From Actinomycetota bacterium (GTDB lineage: Bacteria > Actinomycetota > UBA4738 > JBBDHU01): a stretch of DNA of 64,000 nt. This document shows, one piece after another, positions 28,829-37,296 of the stretch. Each line of letters begins with the position of its first letter. Within the stretch, counting starts at the first letter, position 1. The stretch lies in assembly GCA_040880465.1 (NCBI GenBank), contig JBBDIK010000011.1, positions 177,229 to 241,228 on the forward strand. Direction: 5' to 3'. The notes under the pieces were generated by a model that saw only the letters and a list, made by a program, of their open reading frames with translations, made no database searches and was not told the DNA's origin. Both the position numbers and the translations under genes were made by a program.

Positions 28829-30199
28829 TCAGACATCCGTCGGCGCCCCAGACTCCTCGGGTGCGGGACGAGCGATGTCCGGGGGAGGAAGCCGGTTGGC
28901 AGCCTCATCGGCGGGAACCTGGGACTCTTCCTCCGGCGAAGGCTTCTTCATCTTGGGAGGGGGCGGCTTCCAGGCACGCAGCGCCTGCAGAACGTCGGCG
29001 TAGAAGGTCTTGGTCGTGTCCAAGACGCTGTCGATGAACGAGCCGCGTCCTGCCGACCGCTTCAGCCCCATCGGCGTGGTCATCGCAATCAGGAAGCTGC
29101 GGATCTCCTTGTCGGACTCGGGGTAGAGCGCCCCCGGCTCAGCATGCGCCTCGCCAAGCGTCGTCGCGAGGGTTGACTGTGTGCGCGCCACCCGCGCCTC
29201 GATGCGCAGTCCTTCGGGTGCATCACCGAGCTGACGAAGGAGCCAGGAAACGCGACCCTTGGACCGTCCGTCTCGTGGCGCCTCAACGGCAGTCGACACG
29301 CTCACCTGTCGAGCGAACAGATCAGCGGCGATACTCAGCGCGCCCGCGGCGTCGGGAACCGACAACTCCGCGTAGAGCACGCCCGTCGATTCGAGCGATT
29401 CGCAGAGCGCGCTGCGGCGAGCGGCTGGCTGAGCCTCCCTCTTCGGCAACAGCTGCTTGACGTTGCGACCGAGATCCTTGGTTAGCTCGAGCGCGAGGAA
29501 TCGGATCAAGTCATCCCATCGCGCCGCGACCGCATCCACCTCCGGCTCGCTCCTTCGTATCGTCCGCGCCCGCGCCCCGTCGCGCACCTTGGTCCAGGCC
29601 GGGCCCATCGAGTCGAACGCCACCGCACCGGACCGAGGGTCGGACAAGTACCGGATCAACTCGCCGAGCACATACGCCTGCTCGGGATCGCTGACACCGC
29701 GGTGCTCGCGCACGACGACCGCTTCGGTGAGCACGTTGACCCAAGACCAGTGGGCGAGACTGACCTTGCGAAGCTTCCTTCGGTCGACCTCGATCGGATA
29801 GCCGCTGGCCGCCGTCACGAAATGATTGGAAAGAGACAACACCGCGTCTGCACCAATCTCGCGTGCGAGGTCGAGGTAGGCGTTCATCTGGTCGGGCTCC
29901 AGGGCGTTCGGTCCCGTCTTGGCCTCAACGATGGCGCCCCAGGTCTTGCCGGCGCGGGTCACCGCGATGATTCCGTCCGGACGGATCGATCGCTCACCGA
30001 CCGTGAAAGGGACCTCGATGAACGTCTCGACTTTCCCCGATGGGGCGCCGAGGGGCTTGAGGAGCGTCCGGCTGAAATCGGGAACCACCGTCATTACCGC
30101 AAGAAGGGCCGAGGCTGCGCGGCGTTCCTGCGCCTCGACGCCGGAGGCGGAGGAGATGGGGATCAGTCTGGCAATCGGCCAGGTAGGTTGAACGTCCAG
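28829..30199 (-). CDS. PD-(D/E)xK-type nuclease-like protein (family often labelled stress-response / TerD-associated)
   Basis: ARLIP...QERRAASALLAVM, ETFIEV, RPDGII, IVEAKTG, QMNAY; probable CTG start. Confidence 0.65.
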   Translation of the reverse strand: MDVQPTWPIARLIPISSASGVEAQERRAASALLAVMTVVPDFSRTLLKPLGAPSGKVETFIEVPFTVGERSIRPDGIIAVTRAGKTWGAIVEAKTGPNALEPDQMNAYLDLAREIGADAVLSLSNHFVTAASGYPIEVDRRKLRKVSLAHWSWVNVLTEAVVVREHRGVSDPEQAYVLGELIRYLSDPRSGAVAFDSMGPAWTKVRDGARARTIRRSEPEVDAVAARWDDLIRFLALELTKDLGRNVKQLLPKREAQPAARRSALCESLESTGVLYAELSVPDAAGALSIAADLFARQVSVSTAVEAPRDGRSKGRVSWLLRQLGDAPEGLRIEARVARTQSTLATTLGEAHAEPGALYPESDKEIRSFLIAMTTPMGLKRSAGRGSFIDSVLDTTKTFYADVLQALRAWKPPPPKMKKPSPEEESQVPADEAANRLPPPDIARPAPEESGAPTDV

Positions 30200-30204
30200 G
30201 GCCT

Positions 30205-30849
30205 CTATTCCTCCTCTGACTCGGAGCCCTCCACCGGGATCTGAACGAATGTCTCTTGCGAGGAAGTTGCACCTCCGGCGGACGTCGCGCGTGCTCGAAC
30301 TCGGCAGCGAAGATCGTCGGTCCAGGTCACGACCTTGAGGGACGGAGTGGTGTTCGCGCGATCGTCCCAAACGTCGCCCCAGGTCTCGTAGACGTCAAGA
30401 GGGTCGTAGATGTTCCTGTCCGCAAAGTCGGGCTGGAACATCCGAGTGGCCTTCTTCACGTCCGACTTCAGCGGCGGCGCCACCAGGCGAAAGCGCGCGT
30501 TGCGCTTCTGCTGGAGGAAGTCGTAGCTCTCGTCATCGTTCCCATCGACCCATTCGAAGTCGCCGTCCAGGAAGATTCCCGGATCGGTCCTGCAGGACAG
30601 TCGGAGAGTTCCGAGTGTCGTCTTGCTTCGAACCTCGACACGTATCCTCATCCCGGTTCGGTAGTCCGGATCGAACTTCTTGGCGAGGGACGCCTTCGTG
30701 GACTCACCAACCCGTGTCGCCTGGGCGGTCAGGCATAGATAGCGATTGCACTTGGCCTCGGCGCGCGACGGCGTTGCGTTCGCGATGCCCACGGACAGAA
30801 GCGTGAGCAACAGTACCCGGAGGGCAGCCTGTCTTCCGGACATCGTCAT
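30205..30849 (-). CDS. Secreted hypothetical protein
   Basis: Signal peptide MTMSGRQAALRVLLLTLLSVGIANA, four Cys; ATGA overlap with upstream gene. Confidence 0.65.
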   Translation of the reverse strand: MTMSGRQAALRVLLLTLLSVGIANATPSRAEAKCNRYLCLTAQATRVGESTKASLAKKFDPDYRTGMRIRVEVRSKTTLGTLRLSCRTDPGIFLDGDFEWVDGNDDESYDFLQQKRNARFRLVAPPLKSDVKKATRMFQPDFADRNIYDPLDVYETWGDVWDDRANTTPSLKVVTWTDDLRCRVRARATSAGGATSSQETFVQIPVEGSESEEE

Positions 30850-31244
30850 GTGTCGAATCGCGATCGCTCTCGTCCGGCAAGGAGGATTGCAAGGAGGATG
30901 CTCACTAGTAGAACGACCACCGCCGCTAGCAGACCATTCCGGATCCCGGACTGGCGTACCTGTTCGATGCTTGCGTCCCGGATGCCCCACGAGGCGGCCA
31001 CCTCCTGCTGAGGGGCAGACTCGGTCATCGCATCGTTTGCCGCGGCGGTCTTGGCAAGTGACTTCGCCCGGGACTCCGCCCCGGCGGAGACCATCACATA
31101 GGCGATTCCCCCGAGGACCAGGAGTGCAGCAATCAGGGCAACCGTCGCGCGCCCCCTACGACCGCCAGCCCGTCTCACTTGGGTGAGCGCCGCGTCCAAC
31201 TCTCGGTCGCTGAGCGTCGCAGGATCCTGCCCGATATCTGGCAC
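30846..31244 (-). CDS. Two-TM hypothetical membrane protein
   Basis: Two hydrophobic segments; GTG after GGAGGGG. Confidence 0.6.
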   Translation of the reverse strand: MPDIGQDPATLSDRELDAALTQVRRAGGRRGRATVALIAALLVLGGIAYVMVSAGAESRAKSLAKTAAANDAMTESAPQQEVAASWGIRDASIEQVRQSGIRNGLLAAVVVLLVSILLAILLAGRERSRFDT

Positions 31245-31352
31245 CTGACCCCCTCCCCGCTAGGTTCACCGAGTCAGGCCCCGATACTGCCCCATCGGTA
31301 AGCACCGGTGCAAACCAGCGCTGCGTCCGCCTGGGTGACGGCGTTGGCCCCC

Positions 31353-31853
31353 TTAGATGCCCACGAGCCGCCGGGCGCGATCGTGGGCATCGTCCCCGGT
31401 TTTGTCCGGCGGGATTGGGGACCGGATCGAGAGTTCCTCTCGGGCCTGAGGCGACAACCCGAAATCGCGGCCTAAGCGCTGAACCGCCCCGGCGCTATCA
31501 CGGACCGCTTGGAGGCATTGATTCTTCACGCGCCCCCGAGCTCCGTCGACCAGGATCGCTCGACCCGATGCGTGCCATTCATCCATCGCCGCCCTCCAGA
31601 CCGACACCGCCAAGCAATAACACCCGAAGAGGTCTGCGTCCCACAGTCCGGAGAGACCGACCCTGGTTGCAAGCTCGGGCGCGAGGCGCTCCCACGTCTC
31701 GGTTGCAACCGGATCATCGAGGAGGTGCGCAGGAACGGGCGGCGGTCCGTCTTCGGGAGCGGGAACCGGCTGATCCCTCGAGATCCTCGATGAGCGGACG
31801 CCGTCGCGCTCCTTGACCTGCTTCGACTTCGGCCTCGGTCCTCGCTTACCCAG
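31353..31853 (-). CDS. terS: Phage terminase small subunit, P27 family
   Basis: Extending ORF 31353..31613 in frame to CTG 31853 (GGAGG 8 nt upstream) gives MGKRGPRPKS...PPPVPAHL...TWERLAPEL...DADLFGCYC...RVKNQ...DFGLSPQAREEL. Confidence 0.8.
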   Translation of the reverse strand: MGKRGPRPKSKQVKERDGVRSSRISRDQPVPAPEDGPPPVPAHLLDDPVATETWERLAPELATRVGLSGLWDADLFGCYCLAVSVWRAAMDEWHASGRAILVDGARGRVKNQCLQAVRDSAGAVQRLGRDFGLSPQAREELSIRSPIPPDKTGDDAHDRARRLVGI

Positions 31854-31953
31854 GGTTCAGCCCTCCATGGACGAGTTGGCGAAACTCGGCTCGCCCGACG
31901 CGGGACGACCTCGGCGGTATAGGTGGGGCGTGCCACCGGTCATACCCCACCCA

Positions 31954-32589
31954 CTACACCGGCTCGACGAGGGCGGGGGTGGCTCCCACGAGCGCAGACA
32001 CCATCTCGACGAGGCCCTCCGCTTCGAACGATCCGTCGCCGCTTGCAGTACGAAGTCGAACGGGCGAAACCGACAGCCCAACGTTCGGGAAGCCTTCGGC
32101 CCACGCGAGAGCGGACCTCGCTACCTCGAACTCGCGGAGTGCCGCTGCCAAATGGACAGCGGCCTCAAGCGCAGCTTCTCGCCGCTGCTCGAATACCTCG
32201 AGGCCGAGCGCCATCATCTCCTCTCGCTGGCTACGTCCCTCGGCTATCAATGCAGTCTGAGCATCGCGCCGTGCCCCCGCAAGGACGGGCACACGCGCTG
32301 ACGCCTCGGCGATCTCCGCTTCGATCTTCGCGAGCGCAGCCCCGTCCTTGGCGGTAGGGTTCCGACCCGCTCGAAGGGCCCGGCGTTTTGCCTGCTCGTA
32401 TTCCGCGGCCACCTTTCTACGTTCCTTCCGCACTCGCGCAAGCCGCGCCTTCAGCAATCGCTCCTCTTCGGCGAGCTTCGAGACCTCGGCGACCAAGTCA
32501 CGCACCTCGCCCTCGGGAAGCAGGCCCGCTGGCGGGAAGCTGCTGCTCGTGACGCCGACCGGGCGCCGGATAATCGTGTTGGTTCCCAT
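31954..32589 (-). CDS. Hypothetical coiled-coil protein
   Basis: Long heptad-like helical stretch; starts 3 bp after upstream stop. Confidence 0.65.
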   Translation of the reverse strand: MGTNTIIRRPVGVTSSSFPPAGLLPEGEVRDLVAEVSKLAEEERLLKARLARVRKERRKVAAEYEQAKRRALRAGRNPTAKDGAALAKIEAEIAEASARVPVLAGARRDAQTALIAEGRSQREEMMALGLEVFEQRREAALEAAVHLAAALREFEVARSALAWAEGFPNVGLSVSPVRLRTASGDGSFEAEGLVEMVSALVGATPALVEPV

Positions 32590-32592
32590 TGG

Positions 32593-33012
32593 TCAGGCCT
32601 CCTTCGTTCGACGGACTCCACGGTCGCCGCCGTATTCGTCGCCAGCGAACTCACCATCCCGAACGCGTGCGTGATGGACTTGAACCTTAAGCGCGATCGA
32701 ACCCCTTGTGTCGCCGTCAAGCTGCATCTCCGTCGCGATCTCGTTCACGCGAGAGAGTCGGGCGAGTCGAACGGCCTCGCCGACGTCGCCGTCGAGTGTC
32801 TCGTCTGCCGCCGCTCGGCTCGCTCTCTCGATCTCGGCGAGCGCACCTGGAACCGACCACGGTCGTCCCGTTGGCAGCGTGGACGGAGGCAGAGGCGCGA
32901 CAGGTGGGAAGGCAGCCTGGCGTTTGGCGCGAACGCTCTCTTCGGCTTGGTGTCGCGTCATCGGTGGTTCGTCGCCGGGATCGGCGAGCGGATCAATTCT
33001 CGTCGTAGCCAT
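32593..33012 (-). CDS. Hypothetical protein
   Basis: AGGAGG RBS, co-oriented in the element's leftward operon. Confidence 0.6.
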   Translation of the reverse strand: MATTRIDPLADPGDEPPMTRHQAEESVRAKRQAAFPPVAPLPPSTLPTGRPWSVPGALAEIERASRAAADETLDGDVGEAVRLARLSRVNEIATEMQLDGDTRGSIALKVQVHHARVRDGEFAGDEYGGDRGVRRTKEA

Positions 33013-33333
33013 CTCGTCCTCCTGTCGTCGTTCGGTGGGACGCTGAACAAGAGCGACCCCTCAGCGTGCAGTGGAACGGACGCATCCTCTGCGTCCGGAG
33101 ATCACGGAGGGGACCCCAGGCGCGCCAGATGCGGCGCAGCTCGAATGTCCCGCCCCGTGACAATCATGGCCTGACGCCTCCCTCCGATCGCTCAGCGAGG
33201 AGCACCGCGACAACGTGTAACGCGGCATCGATGAGCTTGTCGGCAACACAGAACCGGCCGTCGGATACCGCGTTTGCAAATGCGGCGGCGATCTCATCGA
33301 GCACACGCAGCGCGGTCGCCGGGTCAATATCCC

Positions 33334-33427
33334 GAGTTCCCGAGAGTTCCCGGGACCTCCCGAGTCGGGAACCGGAAGTTCCCATCCCGAGAGTCCCCGG
33401 CCACTGGGGCCGGGACTCCGGGAACTC
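33334..33427. repeat. Iteron-like cluster, putative replication origin
   Basis: About 8 copies of GAGTTCCC/GAGTCCC-like words in both orientations directly after the helicase stop. Confidence 0.6.
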
Positions 33428-33434
33428 CCCTGCG

Positions 33435-34526
33435 CTACTCACAACGCCACCAGAGGCTCGGGCGGCCACGGCCACCACCCGTGCTGTCGACGAGCTCCTT
33501 CTGGAGGAGGCGCCGGAGGCCGTCGTCGATCGTCTTCGCCTTGAGCGGGCCGAACGAGTCGCCGTCCTGCGCGACCTTGTCCCCGATCTGTCTCTGCGAG
33601 AGCGCGTTGGTCTCGACCGAAGAGAGCACGGCGAGAACCCGCCGCGCAGCGGGGTTGAGCTCGTCGGACAGGATCCGCTCCGCCGGAGGAAATAGCCCGG
33701 CTTCTACGGTTCCATCCCCGTGTGGGACGAGCCGAAAGTCGGCGGCATATTTCCGATCCTTCGCGAAGGCACGCACCCACCCAGGTCGATCCTTCGCGAT
33801 TGTCACCCTCGACACGCCTGGATGCGTCCGGCTGAACGGCGATATGGACTCGATCAGATAGGCCGCGCCGTCTAAGGCGCCGAGTTTGTGCTGACTCCCG
33901 AATGCGTACCGCCCGCGTGACTCCTTCGACTTCACGACATGGTCAAGGGCGAGAATCGCGGCGCCCGATGATCGGAACGGCGTGAGGATACGGCGACGCC
34001 AGCTCTCCGTGCCCGCCGTGTCCTGAGGGTCATAGCCCTGAAGGACGATCGAGGCGTTGACTCCGTCGACCACTACAAGCGCTGGCCGAACATCAAGCAC
34101 CCAGTCCAGTTCGTGGGGCCGGGCGGACTCCTCCGGCGAGACGAAAAGGAACCTCTCGGAGATCGCGTGATCGGGAACTCGCAGTGCCCTTAGACGCTCT
34201 ATCGCCGCACCCACCGAGTCCTCGAAGTCGCAATACACGACCGCACTTCCCTTCCTGATCTCGTCGGCGCAGGCGGCCAGAGCGACCCAGCTCTTGCCGC
34301 TCTCAGGCTCCCCCGCGAGCGAGTGAGTTCGGCCGGGATAGAGCAGTGCTTCGCCATCCGACCTCGCGAGTAGGGTCGGCCGGATTTCCGGAACATCCCC
34401 TCGGATCGCTGGACCTACGTCGAGTGGCTCCCAGGACGTCTCACGGTGGGCAGCCGCAACTGCATGGTGAACGTCGGGGTCGTCAAGACCGAGTGTGACC
34501 AGCTCCTCGTCGGTTACCCCGCTCAC
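33435..34526 (-). CDS. RecA-fold (AAA_25/RepA-like) helicase with C-terminal winged helix
   Basis: Walker A GEPESGKS, YCDFED, Walker B LVVVDG, ALDHVVK, KDRPG. Confidence 0.82.
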   Translation of the reverse strand: MSGVTDEELVTLGLDDPDVHHAVAAAHRETSWEPLDVGPAIRGDVPEIRPTLLARSDGEALLYPGRTHSLAGEPESGKSWVALAACADEIRKGSAVVYCDFEDSVGAAIERLRALRVPDHAISERFLFVSPEESARPHELDWVLDVRPALVVVDGVNASIVLQGYDPQDTAGTESWRRRILTPFRSSGAAILALDHVVKSKESRGRYAFGSQHKLGALDGAAYLIESISPFSRTHPGVSRVTIAKDRPGWVRAFAKDRKYAADFRLVPHGDGTVEAGLFPPAERILSDELNPAARRVLAVLSSVETNALSQRQIGDKVAQDGDSFGPLKAKTIDDGLRRLLQKELVDSTGGGRGRPSLWWRCE

Positions 34527-34759
34527 TCCGCGCCTCCGAGAAGATCGGCGACTCTATGGACGGAAGCCCACACCGCCCGGTTGTTCAACCTGAGCGCGAT
34601 CGCCGCATCCGGCCCGACGCCAAAGGCATGCGCCGTGCCGAACCGGGCGCACTCCCTGATCCGCGGGTCCCGGTACTTGCGAACTATCGGCCCGCCGCAG
34701 GAACGGCAGAACCAGTGCTCCGTCGTCCGGCACTCACCCGCGAAGGGATCGCGAGTCAT
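34523..34759 (-). CDS. Small Cys-containing hypothetical protein
   Basis: CRSCGG motif; start/stop overlaps with both neighbours. Confidence 0.55.
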   Translation of the reverse strand: MTRDPFAGECRTTEHWFCRSCGGPIVRKYRDPRIRECARFGTAHAFGVGPDAAIALRLNNRAVWASVHRVADLLGGAE

Positions 34760-34950
34760 GTTCGTCCTCCGGGGTTCGCGAGGAACTCGGCGAGGGCCGC
34801 TCCCGGAAGGACAATCCGCCGCCCGATGCGTATCGCGGGGACCTCGCCCCGGCGAATCGCGTTTCGAAGGGTCTTCTCGCCGACGCGGAGGAGGGCCGCC
34901 GCCTCATCGACGCGATACACGCGGGCGGGATCGAGCGCGTCAGCGGTCAT
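34756..34950 (-). CDS. xis: Excisionase-type helix-turn-helix protein
   Basis: YRVDEAAALLRVGEKTLRNAIRRGEVPAIRIGRRIVLP. Confidence 0.85.
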   Translation of the reverse strand: MTADALDPARVYRVDEAAALLRVGEKTLRNAIRRGEVPAIRIGRRIVLPGAALAEFLANPGGRT

Positions 34951-35213
34951 TCGACAACCCCCCGCGCGGGATCGGCGTCTACCCCTGCCAGCTGGTCGAG
35001 GACCCCCAGATACGCGACCGCGGCCTCACCGTGCGGCGCGTGAGTGCCACCCTCCCATCGGAGAACCGTCGTATCCGACACGCCGACCCCGGCCGCCACC
35101 TCCCGAAGGGAAAGCCCGGAGCGAAGCCGCGTCGCCTTCGCTTCCCCGGAAGCGGCGAGCTGTCGGACGCGCGCCAGGCAGATCGGGTCCACGGTATCCA
35201 CGCCCGAAAGCAT
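34947..35213 (-). CDS. XRE/Cro-like HTH regulator
   Basis: RLRSGLSLREVAAGVGVSDTTVLRWEGG..P. Confidence 0.85.
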   Translation of the reverse strand: MLSGVDTVDPICLARVRQLAASGEAKATRLRSGLSLREVAAGVGVSDTTVLRWEGGTHAPHGEAAVAYLGVLDQLAGVDADPARGVVE

Positions 35214-35237
35214 CCCCCGGCGTGCGCGGCGATGGCT

Positions 35238-35319
35238 GCGATTCCGCTACATCCGCGCGACCTCGGAAATGCGAACTCTCTAGCGTCAGATTGCGTTTCC
35301 GCCCCGGAATCGCTACGCT
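35238..35319. promoter_or_regulatory. Divergent switch region with operator-like inverted repeats and a rightward promoter
   Basis: GCGATTCCG, CGGAAATGC, GCGTTTCCG, CGGAATCGC half-sites; TTGCGT-17bp-TACGCT at 35291-35319. Confidence 0.6.
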
Positions 35320-35331
35320 GGGCCGACCATC

Positions 35332-36075
35332 ATGAGCCAAGAGGCGAACGCCGAGATCCGCCGCCTGCGGGCACGCGTACTCCGCCTTGAGGCTCGCCTT
35401 CGAGACCTCACGCAGGAAGACCACATCGACCCCGAGCTTGTTCGTGGCAACCTCGCTCGGCAGCGGGCCGACGGCGGCGTCGAGGAGTTCCCGGCGATCG
35501 TCGATGTCTTGGACCACTTTTGGCGGACCAGCCCCACACGACAGGAGGCGCTCCGGCGACACCGGAAACACGCGGCGCTCTCAGCCCGGACGCAGTGGGA
35601 GGGGTACGTTCTCTCGTCAACCGCGCTGCCGCGGCCAGGCAGCCGCTGGATCATTCGCCACCCGCTCCTGCCCGAAAACGTCATCGTCCGTCTTGGGCCG
35701 GGAGCGGATGGATTCCTCAGCGTCCTTTGGGAGGCGGAGGAGGGCCGACAACTCGGCGGGGGCGTGGAAGTGAACCTCTCCGACCTGATGGCGGTCGTCA
35801 AGGTCGAACTCGCCAGGCGCGACCTCTCGGACGATCCCGAGTCCTTCCTCCTCGGCCTCACCCGACCGCATCGCGGCAGGGACCTCGGCGAGCTGTTCTA
35901 CCGGACGCTCGGGGCCGCCTGGAGGAAGCTCGAGGCCGACCCAGACATCAACTCGCCCCGAGCCGAACTCGCTCGCTTGCTCGGCGTCGATCCGAAGACG
36001 ATCAGCGTTTGGAAGAACCGAGCCATCCAGTACGGGATGTGGCCCACTGGTACGACGGAAGGAGAAGGAAGATGA
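35332..36075 (+). CDS. Hypothetical protein with C-terminal HTH (candidate repressor)
   Basis: PRAELARLLGVDPKTISVWKNRA; ATGA-coupled to integrase. Confidence 0.65.
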   Translation: MSQEANAEIRRLRARVLRLEARLRDLTQEDHIDPELVRGNLARQRADGGVEEFPAIVDVLDHFWRTSPTRQEALRRHRKHAALSARTQWEGYVLSSTALPRPGSRWIIRHPLLPENVIVRLGPGADGFLSVLWEAEEGRQLGGGVEVNLSDLMAVVKVELARRDLSDDPESFLLGLTRPHRGRDLGELFYRTLGAAWRKLEADPDINSPRAELARLLGVDPKTISVWKNRAIQYGMWPTGTTEGEGR

Positions 36076-37265
36076 CAAGGCAACGACCCCGCGCAAAGAT
36101 TCGCAAGAAGGCGGCGGCGGGTGGACGGGTTCGCTGGTATCTCGCGATCGTCGACTCGTCAGGCGAGGAGTTGCACCATGGCGGCTTCGCCACGCAGCGT
36201 GAGGCGAAAGCGCGTGCCGTCGAGATCCTCCGAGACAACCCCGACGGGCGCCGCCACGCCTATCGCGACCTGACCGTCGAACGATTCCTGGTCGACGAGT
36301 GGCTCCCCGCGCGCGAGGCGTCTGGAAAGATCGCGCCCTCGACCCTCGAGGGGTACGGCTGGATCGTTCGCTCCTGGATTGCACCCCGAATCGGCGGCCT
36401 CCCGCTCACCGAACTCGGCGCTGCCGACCTCGAGCGGATGTACGCGGACCTTCGGAAGTCGGGGGCGCGCGGCAGCAAGCCTCTCTCGGAAAAGAGCGTT
36501 CGTAACGCGCACCTCCTCATGAGCAAGGCCCTCGCGGACGCCGCGCGGCGCGGTCTCGTGACGATGAACGTCGCGACGATCGCTGAGAAGCCTCCCGCTA
36601 CCCGGGCGGAACGCGAAGCCTGGAGCGTCTCCGAAGTCCGTGCGTTCCTCGCCGCCGCCGACGCCGATCGTCTCGGCCCGATCTGGCGGCTCATGCTCAC
36701 CACCGGCCTCCGCCGGGGCGAGGCGCTCGGCCTCCAGTGGTCCGACGTCGACCTCGATGCGAGGTCCATCCGGATTGAACGGCAGGTGCTTCTCCGCAGT
36801 CGCGCTCAAGGTGCTCGCCTGTACCTCCGGGACACCACCAAAGGACGTCGGGCTCGGACCGTCAGGCTTGACCCCGGGACGGCCGAGTCTCTCCGGGTGT
36901 GGAAGAAGGGGCAATCGGAGGACCGGCTCGCGTTCGGGGCCGCCTGGCAGACCGACGGGGGCCTCGACACCGAGTCAGCGTGGATCGTCACCGAGCCCGA
37001 CGGCCGGGTCATCCACCCGGACACCCTCCACGACCGCTTCGTTCGGGTCGCGAAGGCCGCTGGGGTCAAGCCTCTCCCCCTCCACGGCGCGCGCCACACC
37101 TTCGCGACGATCGCCCTCGAGTCGGGGGTCCGGCCGGATCTCGTTAGCCGGGCGCTCGGCCACGCTACGGTCGGCTTCACGCTCGACGTATACGTGCATC
37201 CGTCGGCAGACGAGGAACTCGCTGCCGCCGACGCTCTCGGCGCCGCGCTCGAGGCGACGCAATGA
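36072..37265 (+). CDS. int: Tyrosine integrase
   Basis: Arm-binding N-term (GGFATQREAK), GLRRGE, TTKG, HGARH, LGH, VY; catalytic residues intact. Confidence 0.95.
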   Translation: MTRQRPRAKIRKKAAAGGRVRWYLAIVDSSGEELHHGGFATQREAKARAVEILRDNPDGRRHAYRDLTVERFLVDEWLPAREASGKIAPSTLEGYGWIVRSWIAPRIGGLPLTELGAADLERMYADLRKSGARGSKPLSEKSVRNAHLLMSKALADAARRGLVTMNVATIAEKPPATRAEREAWSVSEVRAFLAAADADRLGPIWRLMLTTGLRRGEALGLQWSDVDLDARSIRIERQVLLRSRAQGARLYLRDTTKGRRARTVRLDPGTAESLRVWKKGQSEDRLAFGAAWQTDGGLDTESAWIVTEPDGRVIHPDTLHDRFVRVAKAAGVKPLPLHGARHTFATIALESGVRPDLVSRALGHATVGFTLDVYVHPSADEELAAADALGAALEATQ

Positions 37266-37296
37266 TAGTCCGCACCCTCGCGCAGAGGAACTCCTC

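Noticed and set aside
33164-33478. Small ORF overlapping the iteron cluster
   Set aside because: N-terminal half is just the translated repeats; possible but not supportable as a gene
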